Positions 27,101-34,670 of a DNA stretch of 54,816 nucleotides are shown here, one piece after another. The notes under the pieces were generated by a model. That model was not told where the DNA came from. It searched no databases and worked only from the letters and a program-made list of their open reading frames with translations. This DNA comes from a virus. Lineage: Duplodnaviria > Caudoviricetes. Position 1 is the first letter of the stretch. Every line of letters starts with the position of its first letter. The position numbers and the translations under genes are program-made. The stretch lies in the IMG/VR virus record IMGVR_UViG_3300028883_000312, positions 1 through 54,816 of that record; one strand, given 5' to 3'.

Positions 27101-30100
27101 AAAACTTCCCGAAGGCGTGGAGATTGAGCCGTTTAAGCTGGACAGAAAGAGCCTGATTGATGCCTATGGCATGGACTTCCTCAGACGTGTTCCACGTGGA
27201 ACATACGCAAGGCTCGACGGCATGAATCACTCTATTGCCGCTGAAATGTTGGGGTTTAACAGCGGAGAAGAGCTGGTAATGGCCCTGGTCAACGCGCGCC
27301 CACGAAACCAGCTGATTAAAGCCGAGACAGACGCCCGTATGAGACAAACCTACGGGGACATGATGCTGGATGGATCGCTCCCAGCTGCTGCCCAGGCTGC
27401 AGTGCAGAATCAATACCGGGGGAAAGTCCTGGAGGCGGAGCTGAAAGCCCTGCAAAAGAAGGCCCGCCAGGTTAAGCCCTTCCTCAAGGCCAAGGAGAAA
27501 GAGCAAAAACAAGACAAGCGGGCCAATGTCCTCTTGTACCGCTCGATTGTACCAACCATGGCTGCCGCAAGAAAGGTCGCTGAACAGCGTATCAGTGCCA
27601 AGACGCTGCGCAACATCCAGCCCATGCACTATTTCTATGCCGCCAGAAAAGCCTCTAAGGCAGCGGTAGAGGCCGTCCAGCGGGAAGATTACATCGTGGC
27701 TGCGGTGAATAAGGAAAAAGAGCTGATTTCCATGGAGATGTACCGTGCCGCGGTCAAAGCTCGAGAAGAGGTCTCAGACTCCCTGGATAAGCTCAAGAAA
27801 ATCTCTGGACCCGACGAACGGCTGGCCAAGACCCGGAACATGGATATGGTCAATGCCGCGCGCGCTATCCTGGCCAGCCATGGGATAGGCCGGACCACGA
27901 AACAGCCGATGGAGTACATTGAGAAAATCAAGCGCTATGACCCGGAAACCTATGAGGAACTGAGGCCTATCGTAGAGCCGGCGCTGTTCAATCCTCAACC
28001 GTACAAGGACATGACCCTTGCGCTGTTCCGGGATACTCGAGATGGAGTATTGGCTTTCTGGAAGCTGTCCCGACGCACACAGCAGATCGTGATTGATGGC
28101 AAGGTCATGGACCGGGATATTGTGATTGACGAGCTGAATGTCGTCACCGATGAGTTTCTGAACAAAAAGACCAAGCGCGAGGAGTTTGGCCGGGCAAAGA
28201 CCAAGTGGGAAAAGACCCAGATGCAGTTACTAGGGGCTAAAGCCTCTCTGCGTCGAGTAGAGGGCTGGGTGGATGCGATGGACGGTGGCAACCCCAACGG
28301 GGTGTTCCGGCGCTATATCCATACTCCTGTGATTGAGGCGATTAATCGCTATCGCCTGGCGAAAACCGGGGTGATTGAGGAGTATCTGCGCCAGGTCAGA
28401 GCAGTGGAAAAAACCTTGGACAATAAAGAGATATTGGCCCCTGAGCTGAAATACAAGTTTCTGGGCAAGGTCGAGTTGCTACACGCCATCCTGCATACGG
28501 GGAATGAGAGCAACAAAAGCAAACTACTCCGGGGTTATGGTTGGGGAGAATATTTGGAGGACGGCACCCTGGATACCAGCCGCTGGGACCGGTTCATTGC
28601 GCGCATGATCCGGGAAGGCAAGATTACCAAGGCAGATTATGACTTTGCCCAGGGTATCTGGGATTTGAATGAATCATTAAAGCCCCAAGCCCAAAAGACC
28701 CATCATGATGTCTATGGCTATTACTTCAATGAAGTGACCGCCACTGAGCTTGAAACGCCTTTTGGCAAGTATAAAGGCGGCTATATCCCTGCGATTGTCG
28801 ATGGTTCCCAGGTCACTGATGCGGCGATCCGCAAGGATAAGCAGGAGCTAATGGAGGAGGGGCAAAATTCCTTTATGTTCCCCACAACGGGGAGAGGCTT
28901 CACCAAAACCCGTACCGAAGGCTACGCCAAGCCCCTGCAATTGGACATGCGCACCATCCCCGCACACCTGGATAAAGTCCTGCGGTTTATCCATATTGAG
29001 CCAGCGGTCAAGGACGTGGGCCGGCTTGTTATCAATAAGAAGTTTCGAGAAAAACTTGACAGGCTGGACCCTTCGGCGGCCAAGGACATGCTCATGCCCT
29101 GGTTGCAACGTAGCGCGAGCCAGGTTGTGACCCAGCCAGGCAGCTCGCCATTAGCGGACCGGTTCTTTAAAGGTTTACGTAGGCGGACTGGCGCCAATCT
29201 CATGGTGCTGAATGCAGTGAATACGCTGCAACAATTTACCGGTCTTTCAATCGCTGCGACCAAGGTCAAGCCTCGTTATCTCAGAAATGCCTTATGGGAC
29301 TATCTCCACCATCCCAACAAGTCCAGGGAGTGGATCACAGAGCGGTCGGATTTCATGAAAACCCGTGTCTTTACCCAGCATATCGAGATACAGAACACCA
29401 TCGACCAGCTGTTATTGAATCCGAGCAAATACGACAAAGTGAGAGATTTTGTGGATGCGCACGGGTATTTCCTACAGCAGGGCACGCAAAATGTCGTGGA
29501 TAACATCGTCTGGGTCGGCGCCTATAACCAGATCACGGAGACCGGTGTTACTGAAAAAGAGGCGGTACGCTACGCCGATTCCGTAGTGCGACAAACCCAG
29601 GGCTCGTTTGCTGCGGAGGATATTTCCCGGTTCGAGGCCAACACTGCCTTTGTCCGGGCCTTCTCCATGTTCTACAGCTATTTCAACATGCAGGCCAACC
29701 TCATGGGGACGGAATTTGCCAATATCGCGACCAATGAACTGGGGTTAAAGAAGGGCGCTGGCCGTGCTTTGTATCTCTATATTTTCGGTTTCATGATCCC
29801 CGCGTTTGTCGGTGATGGCCTTATCCGCGCGCTGTTCGGTGGATTGGATGATGATGACGATGATGAATATCTGGACGATTACATGGCCATGTTTTTCGGC
29901 ACCCAGGTCAGGACCGCGGCGGCCATGGTCCCCGTGATAGGCCCGATTGCGATGGCAGGGATCAATGCTTGGAATGATAAATGGTATGACGACAGCATTA
30001 CCACGTCGCCGGCAGTGTCCGCCCTGGAAAGTACGGTACGCGCCCCGTACTCCATCTATAAGGCGATTGTGGATGAGGGCAGCGATAAGCGCGCGGTGAA

Positions 30101-30260
30101 AGACGTGTTGACCGCGCTCGGTGTTCTGACAGGCTGGCCGACTGCAGCCCTCGCCCGTCCGGCTGGGTATCTGGCCGACGTAAAAGAAGGCAAAGCAGAC
30201 CCGGAGAATGTCCTGGACCTGACCCGCGGCCTGATTTCTGGTCGGGACGTGAATCGATAA
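21192..30260 (+). CDS. Giant ejection protein (gp16-like) with polyvalent domains: ADP-ribosyltransferase-like, EEVQSD domain, HExxH zincin
   Basis: FKKWFGDSKVVD..GEPLVVYHGT...GYYFT...QIKSAIGNRGTFD; VLFIEEVQSDWHQ; TFLHESGH...HEQFARGFE. Confidence 0.8.
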   Translation: MGELSKLITGPAEPKAPDQPTGLAQQIRGGPSDATRMDLSMKNAESPDTAARILKMQQRTRLPLEVISQNLEMIETEAKSKDFDRDAFARENPIVSKWLGENPQHAALAQDDFNNLGTFEWLLKAPARAFKRGQLQVEAGTLSYQSLYGDLTPEQEARMKEAHEGSMAGGELGAEGFFGRAAVGGAQYLPQFLEQTRRGAETGLTLGMGMGAITAAAGQAGPQVAAPEELITVPAAFFGGLGVGMLSESAMFGFQQEAGHAFLEFKEFKDDQGQPLDPEIARVAAMVAGSMNAALEAVQLKILIKTIPGADKMLGQGPREAIKASLRSPTIRQAMTDMLKEYGGALTKETATEVLQRAVTILSGEVGKASSGQNFQYKAPGEIGEELLEEGAGAVESFFFPLMPGPGVRGGMNVRQAKQAKQQQQYFEALGETAANSKLRERLPEKYQEVIDRLTKEGPVETVYAPVEFFQEYWESKGLDPRQVATEMLGNSEAYDEALQTGAKLAIPTGIYARRIAPTEHNAAFSREMTFSPDALNLRETEEVEKQLGETAEEMDITEPSTDVREDVLGQLQGAGFDPGTAEAYADLYGSTFRALGERTGQDPMALYQRYGLGITRPLPDVLQDVGRTDAVDVMLDRLRTGKLPTDTEIFGQSLTQFLKKQGGLQDQGGELAARDLKKAVRGLVKETGRTLDDAAEVAVQAGYLTERDPNALLAAIDKELGGQAVYAGTPQTTMLDMRTAMEQLQEYLDAANINLEETDNATIKKLLREAGTEGTGQELEQSTQSEAFKKWFGDSKVVDEDGEPLVVYHGTTHDIESFTQDRGNLENDLGIGYYFTTSQDDVSINYAGEGPDLTQRIELLAQRIESEQEIEMDEAREQARKQLSGGSPNVIPAYISLQNPVIFGGENETQLGGIEFDEETGEESGPGVDLFNALEMVATEFDDVDAPKIWDDISDYVMDGIGVSELFAQIKKSEGAAYLTNENGELAVGEYIRRVFEYLDYDGIIDNTVDEKFGSSRKMGKKMEGVYPDTAHIIAFKPEQIKSAIGNRGTFDPADPRILFQDMTGSLEVFLGKQETARQRRRQAAQLTIGMRTQDDKVIAGKPGQMHFNLMQDHPKAAKGAQMGFVDKDGKFYSRAEAAQAFGVSDSKELFQDAPMFYSAVLDAAEAIKQPKGSPDQMLAQIKKTPGVKQEELDWIGLEAWMKEQGKSVTKQEVADFIRANQIEVEETVLGKSDEQANLEAVQDKFVDVFMAQNWDRRQAREAAYEAVRGEFTKAQIKRFTPEQHAVIAEIKEAYEAREAAVQEVGEGPTKFDEYQLPGGEKYRELLLRLPKLGVSGGLKAITLQEADDLITNNEAVEIRRNGQFVGNAISAFGLDKYREDKTVTFHHYVVPDAKDFTSGHFDQPNILAHIRFNERTDAEGKRVLFIEEVQSDWHQKGRKEGYDTGESAKQLDAAQKELSEAEQAYDERIKQIPKKEFAAMKLSEVQALQEAERVAAAKEKVFRLQRTDAVPDAPFKTTWPLLAMKRMIRYAAENGFERIAWTTGEQQAERYDLSKKVDAIQYALYADDEVDVYYIKDGDQNKIGRYALDKLPDVVGKDMADKIAEDVKKGEVNGEYTGNDLKVGGEGMKSFYDKVLPSAINKYVKKWGGKVGIGKVTAANLDISKRPNMDEIAREMFGANFYDITEEQSLVVNEESRKRETEWNKSPVADMEAHSLNITPDMRKAAMAGQPLFQRGPTDKRGSIRFGEDRQFTISLFEKADLSTFLHESGHFYLEVLADLATATDAPTQMQEDFGTLLKWLGVESREQIGTKQHEQFARGFEAYLMEGKAPSADLRMIFAKFRAWLVSIYRQLRKLNVTLNNDVRAVMDRMLATDAEIEAAKTEADTAPMFTTPEQAGMTDIQFEAYRKTIEQANAQATEELEQKLMREYQREQQKWWKEAYATMRKEVADEVNKQPAYIALDFLQKGKLPEGVEIEPFKLDRKSLIDAYGMDFLRRVPRGTYARLDGMNHSIAAEMLGFNSGEELVMALVNARPRNQLIKAETDARMRQTYGDMMLDGSLPAAAQAAVQNQYRGKVLEAELKALQKKARQVKPFLKAKEKEQKQDKRANVLLYRSIVPTMAAARKVAEQRISAKTLRNIQPMHYFYAARKASKAAVEAVQREDYIVAAVNKEKELISMEMYRAAVKAREEVSDSLDKLKKISGPDERLAKTRNMDMVNAARAILASHGIGRTTKQPMEYIEKIKRYDPETYEELRPIVEPALFNPQPYKDMTLALFRDTRDGVLAFWKLSRRTQQIVIDGKVMDRDIVIDELNVVTDEFLNKKTKREEFGRAKTKWEKTQMQLLGAKASLRRVEGWVDAMDGGNPNGVFRRYIHTPVIEAINRYRLAKTGVIEEYLRQVRAVEKTLDNKEILAPELKYKFLGKVELLHAILHTGNESNKSKLLRGYGWGEYLEDGTLDTSRWDRFIARMIREGKITKADYDFAQGIWDLNESLKPQAQKTHHDVYGYYFNEVTATELETPFGKYKGGYIPAIVDGSQVTDAAIRKDKQELMEEGQNSFMFPTTGRGFTKTRTEGYAKPLQLDMRTIPAHLDKVLRFIHIEPAVKDVGRLVINKKFREKLDRLDPSAAKDMLMPWLQRSASQVVTQPGSSPLADRFFKGLRRRTGANLMVLNAVNTLQQFTGLSIAATKVKPRYLRNALWDYLHHPNKSREWITERSDFMKTRVFTQHIEIQNTIDQLLLNPSKYDKVRDFVDAHGYFLQQGTQNVVDNIVWVGAYNQITETGVTEKEAVRYADSVVRQTQGSFAAEDISRFEANTAFVRAFSMFYSYFNMQANLMGTEFANIATNELGLKKGAGRALYLYIFGFMIPAFVGDGLIRALFGGLDDDDDDEYLDDYMAMFFGTQVRTAAAMVPVIGPIAMAGINAWNDKWYDDSITTSPAVSALESTVRAPYSIYKAIVDEGSDKRAVKDVLTALGVLTGWPTAALARPAGYLADVKEGKADPENVLDLTRGLISGRDVNR

Positions 30261-30275
30261 ACGCCGTTGCGTTAG
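30259..30275 (-). promoter_or_regulatory. Late-promoter box 3 (inverted orientation)
   Basis: AAACGCCGTTGCGTTAG is the reverse complement of box 2; upstream of the tail fibre. Confidence 0.65.
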
Positions 30276-30306
30276 CGTATCGGCGGCAATAGAGGTACAA
30301 AATATT

Positions 30307-31494
30307 ATGGCAACAGTCACGACAAGCAGACGACAAGGTATCAATTCCTCGGCAGCGATGAAAGTCCCGTGCCTGGCGGCGACAACCGCCAACATCACAC
30401 TATCTGGCTTGCAGACGGTTGATGGTGTGGCTCTGGCCGCCGATGACCGTGTACTGGTGAAGGACCAAACGGACGGAACGGAGAACGGGATTTATCTCGC
30501 CAGTACCAGCGCATGGACAAGGGCCCCGGACTTCGATGGGGCACTGGATGCGGTTAATGGCACACTGTTCACCGTCGCCACGGGTACTGCCAATGCAAGA
30601 TTGATATTCGAGCTGCAAACCTCTGGCACTATCACGATTGGCACCACCAGCCTGACTATTGCCGCACGTACCGGAAATCTGACTGGCGTTTCGTCTTTCA
30701 TGGAAACGGTGCTGGATGACACGACTGCTGCTGCGGCAAGGACGACATTAGGTGCCGCTAGTCTTGCTGCAAACGATACCATATCGGGCGCTAATCTGCA
30801 TACTGGGACCAACACCTTCGAGTATGGTCCCAATTATATCGCCGCCGCTGGAACGGATACCTATACAGCAACGCTGGTCCCTGCGCTTGTTGCTCTGAGG
30901 ACTGGCGCGGTTTTCAATATTTATTTCACCAACGCAAATACGATTACAACCCCCACTATTGATATTAACGGACTTGGAGCCAAGACAATAAAATCAAGAA
31001 CTGGGACCGCTGTTTATGTCGGGCAAATAGTTGGGCCACATACGTTATTGTATGATGGAACAGATATGTTATTGCTTACTTCTACCGATATAATACAGGG
31101 CACATGGACACCTACATTGCAAGATTCGTCATTTAGTGATGCAGAAAGCCAAACTTACATTACCCAGGTCGGAAGCTGGACATCTATGGGGGTACACGTT
31201 TTTATTTGCGGGAGGTTGGGAGTTAATAGTTTAGGAACGCTCACTGGTGGTGACCCCGCGTATATTGCCGGACTACCATTTGCAAATAGTACATCATTAC
31301 CAGGGGGGGTTACATTTACATGGGCAAGCTCTCTTTTAACTTCTGCCGGTGAGCCTCTGAGTGGGGTAATAACTGCGGGGAATGTTATATCTATGTTTAA
31401 GTGGGACGCCACAACTGGAAGTAATGTTTTTACTGTTGCAGAAGTTTCGGCTCTTGGGGATGTTCGCTTTTTTGGTCATTATATAAAGGGTTAG
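30307..31494 (+). CDS. Tail fibre / receptor-binding protein
   Basis: ANITLSGLQTVDG...DRVLVKDQT...NGIY...WTRA; TTAAAARTTLG; GTWTPTL...GLPF C-terminal fibre domain. Confidence 0.75.
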   Translation: MATVTTSRRQGINSSAAMKVPCLAATTANITLSGLQTVDGVALAADDRVLVKDQTDGTENGIYLASTSAWTRAPDFDGALDAVNGTLFTVATGTANARLIFELQTSGTITIGTTSLTIAARTGNLTGVSSFMETVLDDTTAAAARTTLGAASLAANDTISGANLHTGTNTFEYGPNYIAAAGTDTYTATLVPALVALRTGAVFNIYFTNANTITTPTIDINGLGAKTIKSRTGTAVYVGQIVGPHTLLYDGTDMLLLTSTDIIQGTWTPTLQDSSFSDAESQTYITQVGSWTSMGVHVFICGRLGVNSLGTLTGGDPAYIAGLPFANSTSLPGGVTFTWASSLLTSAGEPLSGVITAGNVISMFKWDATTGSNVFTVAEVSALGDVRFFGHYIKG

Positions 31495-31532
31495 AAGTTA
31501 ACATTAAACGACTAATACTATTGGAGGCCAGG

Positions 31533-31808
31533 ATGGATTTCCTAGACAGTAAAACAAAAATCGGCCTGACGATAAAGGAAATTATTGCTATCGTCGCCGT
31601 TACCATTGCCTCTGGTGCGGCGCTTTTATCAGTAAAGTCTGATATAGCGGCAGCCGTCATCAAGGCATCGCACATAGAAAAGAAGCATGACACGGATGTT
31701 GAGGAGATCAAGGACTATCAGAAAGAAGCCTATGAAGGCCTCAAACAAGACATCCGCATCATGCAGGAAGATATTAAGCAAATCCTGCGTGAGGCTAGGA
31801 AGCCTTGA
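31533..31808 (+). CDS. Single-TM membrane protein, holin/antiholin-like
   Basis: One N-terminal TM plus coiled coil; upstream of the endolysin. Confidence 0.5.
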   Translation: MDFLDSKTKIGLTIKEIIAIVAVTIASGAALLSVKSDIAAAVIKASHIEKKHDTDVEEIKDYQKEAYEGLKQDIRIMQEDIKQILREARKP

Positions 31809-31899
31809 GCCGGTGCTATAAACATTTCCTTATCGCCCTGGTGTTATTCTGTATGGCTTTGGTGAATCACAAAGCGATTTCTGCGGGTATAAAAGCATT

Positions 31900-32388
31900 A
31901 TGGACGTTATTTTAGAACGGTTCGCCTATACCAACCTCGGGACTTTTGGCCGGTGGTGGATGCCAGGCGTTCCTGAGTTCTACACAGTAGAAAGACCCTG
32001 GGTGCCTTACCTCGACGATGCCCGTTATCCTTCAGGTGCTCCCTTTAAAAGCTGTATCCCTGAAGGTGTTTACGACTTGATCCCCAGGAAACGTCCAAAA
32101 AGGGGGAACACCTACGCGATCGTCAATGAAGACCTTGGGGTGTATGAGTTCAAACACGACGACAGGACACGGTATGGCATATTAGTCCACGTAGGCAACA
32201 GTATGCGCGATGTCGTGGGCTGTATCGCCCCAGGTGATGAGTTTGCCCCTTGTGAGTGGTTGAACCCACCCATTCCCGGTGTCCTCAACAGCGATGACAG
32301 TATGAAAAAGATCGCCAGCAGACTGGGCCGTTCCGAAACCCATCGACTGTTTATCCGGCAATATCGCCCGTTTAAGGAGGTAGCATGA
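31900..32388 (+). CDS. Endolysin, DUF5675 / L,D-peptidase-like family
   Basis: LERF...GTFG...YTVERPW...SCIPEGVY...GILVHVGN...GCIAPG. Confidence 0.75.
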   Translation: MDVILERFAYTNLGTFGRWWMPGVPEFYTVERPWVPYLDDARYPSGAPFKSCIPEGVYDLIPRKRPKRGNTYAIVNEDLGVYEFKHDDRTRYGILVHVGNSMRDVVGCIAPGDEFAPCEWLNPPIPGVLNSDDSMKKIASRLGRSETHRLFIRQYRPFKEVA

Positions 32389-32594
32389 CCTATCAAGGTT
32401 TCATCCAGAAATCCCGTAGCTATGACCTAGCTGCCCTTAGCGGGGTTATTGATGCCGCGCTACTCACTTTCCTTGCCTATAACCCCGAACAGCTGGGCAT
32501 TACTCTACCGGTCTATTTTGGCATACGATTGATATTGACGGCTCTGCAGTTCTATCTCCGAGCCAAAACGACCGGACCAGTGGGGGAGAAGTGA
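32385..32594 (+). CDS. Putative holin (2 TM)
   Basis: 69 aa with two hydrophobic segments and LRAKTTGPV end; between endolysin and spanin. Confidence 0.6.
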   Translation: MTYQGFIQKSRSYDLAALSGVIDAALLTFLAYNPEQLGITLPVYFGIRLILTALQFYLRAKTTGPVGEK

Positions 32595-32890
32595 AATACC
32601 TGTATCCCTTTATCGGCGCCGTGTTGCTGATAACGGGGATATTTTATGCCGGCCATCGTCATGGGCTGGAAAGCTGTCGGGCGGCCCAGGCCCAGGCAGT
32701 AGAGCAAGAGCGCGAGCAGGAGGCTAAGGATTTGCAGGAGCTTGAGCAGAAGTCACAACTACGTGAGGTCAAAACCCGTGAAATCATCCGTTACATCCAG
32801 AGAAAGCCTGATCCGACTGGCTGCCTTGATACTCCTATTGACCCTGATGTTTATGAGCGGGTGCCAAAGGCTGATGGTCAAGCCCCCTGA
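32591..32890 (+). CDS. i-spanin (Rz-like)
   Basis: N-terminal TM, coiled coil, C-terminal Cys. Confidence 0.65.
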   Translation: MKYLYPFIGAVLLITGIFYAGHRHGLESCRAAQAQAVEQEREQEAKDLQELEQKSQLREVKTREIIRYIQRKPDPTGCLDTPIDPDVYERVPKADGQAP

Positions 32891-33023
32891 TCCAAGACTG
32901 ACACGGGACTGTCTGAGACCCGTGATAGGCGGGAACACCTACCGCGATCTGGCTACGCTGACTATTGAGCAGGATGCCGCGATCCAGGAGTGTACCGAAC
33001 GCATGCGGGTGCTGAGAAAATAG
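32742..33023 (+). CDS. o-spanin (Rz1-like lipoprotein); true start probably near 32808-32826
   Basis: Overlaps Rz in another frame; LLLTLMFMSG-C lipobox followed by PPDPRLTRDC. Confidence 0.6.
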   Translation: MSRSHNYVRSKPVKSSVTSRESLIRLAALILLLTLMFMSGCQRLMVKPPDPRLTRDCLRPVIGGNTYRDLATLTIEQDAAIQECTERMRVLRK

Positions 33024-33041
33024 CTAACGCAGCGGCGTTTG
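33024..33041 (+). promoter_or_regulatory. Late-promoter box 4
   Basis: CTAACGCAGCGGCGTTTG; downstream TGATAAATAAAA sits at the same spacing as TGATACATAGAA after box 2. Confidence 0.65.
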
Positions 33042-33112
33042 GCATCAGCGTCGAACACTGATAAATAAAACTGAATATAGTTGCATCTCTGGCGGATAAT
33101 TAGGAGTAAAGC

Positions 33113-33337
33113 ATGAGCGGACCTACAAGCGGCGGCAGGCTGTTGAAAGGGCACGGCGATGTTGTTGAGGCGGATGACGGGATACTAATCGATCCATCAA
33201 GCCTAGCCCAGACCTTGAGTTATTCATCCGGCGTACTGCAGTACATTGAGGTAACGGCTGGCGCTGATACTTACAGACAGACATATACCTACTCTGGCGC
33301 CGATCTAACAGGCGTAAGCCAGTGGGAAAAGCAATAA
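33113..33337 (+). CDS. Small beta-rich putative virion adaptor protein
   Basis: AGGAG RBS; QTLSY...YRQTYTYSG..LT.VS.W. Confidence 0.55.
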   Translation: MSGPTSGGRLLKGHGDVVEADDGILIDPSSLAQTLSYSSGVLQYIEVTAGADTYRQTYTYSGADLTGVSQWEKQ

Positions 33338-33338
33338 A

Positions 33339-34670
33339 ATGGCACGTACTCACGGCCCCGCCTTGGGACTAGGTACTGATCCTAAAACGCAGATCAATGT
33401 CTGGATGCGCGCCAATGATGCCTCGTCAGATTACGAAATCGAATACTCGACATCAGCGGATTTAAGCGGCTCGACAACAACCCCAACGTCAACGATTGCC
33501 TCAGCGACCAATGACGGCACCGAGACAATCACTATTTCAGGGTTAACCGCTGACACCACGTATTATTATACGCCCGTGTTGGCCAGCTCACGGGTCTTTA
33601 CCTCCAACTTCCCGACCTTTAAGACATTACCCGCTTCGATGGTAGGACGGACCATAGCCGGGGGGTCGTGTATTTCACGCAGTTCCTTGGACTCCACCCC
33701 AAGCGTGAAAACCCTGGATTACATTCGGGAAACGGTCAACCCTGAGTTTTTGGCGATGTTGGGAGATTTTATTTATGCCGAAGATCCGACCAGTGGGTTT
33801 ACGCCTTCCAGTGATCCCGGTGCCGCGACCCTGGCCCATTATCGCGAAGCCTATCGAAATACCTATACGATCACAGCGGTGGAAAACTTTGTTCGCAATA
33901 TCCCAACGATACGGGCCATTTCCGACCATGACGTGATGGCGGACTTCCCAGATTCAGACTGGGCATCGAATCCTTCCGTGTACCCAAGAGTGGACGCGGC
34001 GGCGTCTTATTCAAGCTGGGCCAATGCGATTGACGCCTTTGATACGGAGTACGGGTTTGACCATATGGCTTCACCTAATGCGAACGTAGCAGGCGGGATA
34101 CGTTACGGGCATTTTGTGATCGGCACCCACGTCTTTATTACACTTGATACGAGAAGTCATCGAAACGGCGCGGCGGGGCATTTTTTAGGCGAGACACAAC
34201 GTCATTGGTTATATGGTCTGTTAAACACTTACCGCACAGGCTATGTAATTACGATTTTATCCAGTGATACCTTTGCCGGTGCCGCTTCAACAAACCGGGA
34301 TAACTGGGAAGGGGGTCCGGCGTTTGATGCCGCTTTATACGGTTATCTTTACGAACGCGACGCGGTAGACGCGGCCTGTGCCCACATCTCATCGAAAGTT
34401 ATCTGGGCGTGTGGTGATTTCCATGCCGCGCTCCACGTCAAGACTTATGGCGGTATCGATGTGATTTCCGCCTCTCCCTTTGACGATACCCAGCAAAGCT
34501 CCGTCGCTTCTATCGGTCAGGCGTACAGCGCAGAATTTCTCTCCTCTGGACTGGACAACCGGTTTTGGACCTTGACCTATGGCGCCAATCAAGCTGTGAC
34601 GGCGAAAATCTATAAAGCGAACGCCGGGGGAACTAATACAATCGAAGAAGAATACTCGGTGGTCCTATGA
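33339..34670 (+). CDS. PhoD-family metallophosphoesterase with an N-terminal FN3-like domain
   Basis: GSC, LGDFIYAE, SDHD, LDTRSHR, LGETQRHWL and GDFH motifs; ISGLTADTTYYY FN3 signature; no signal peptide. Confidence 0.75.
   Translation: MARTHGPALGLGTDPKTQINVWMRANDASSDYEIEYSTSADLSGSTTTPTSTIASATNDGTETITISGLTADTTYYYTPVLASSRVFTSNFPTFKTLPASMVGRTIAGGSCISRSSLDSTPSVKTLDYIRETVNPEFLAMLGDFIYAEDPTSGFTPSSDPGAATLAHYREAYRNTYTITAVENFVRNIPTIRAISDHDVMADFPDSDWASNPSVYPRVDAAASYSSWANAIDAFDTEYGFDHMASPNANVAGGIRYGHFVIGTHVFITLDTRSHRNGAAGHFLGETQRHWLYGLLNTYRTGYVITILSSDTFAGAASTNRDNWEGGPAFDAALYGYLYERDAVDAACAHISSKVIWACGDFHAALHVKTYGGIDVISASPFDDTQQSSVASIGQAYSAEFLSSGLDNRFWTLTYGANQAVTAKIYKANAGGTNTIEEEYSVVL

Noticed and set aside
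26481-27629. Long antisense ORFs (382 aa here; also 10812-11576, 13432-13989, 29745-30398)
   Set aside because: Shadows of GC-rich coding genes, with no RBS or motifs
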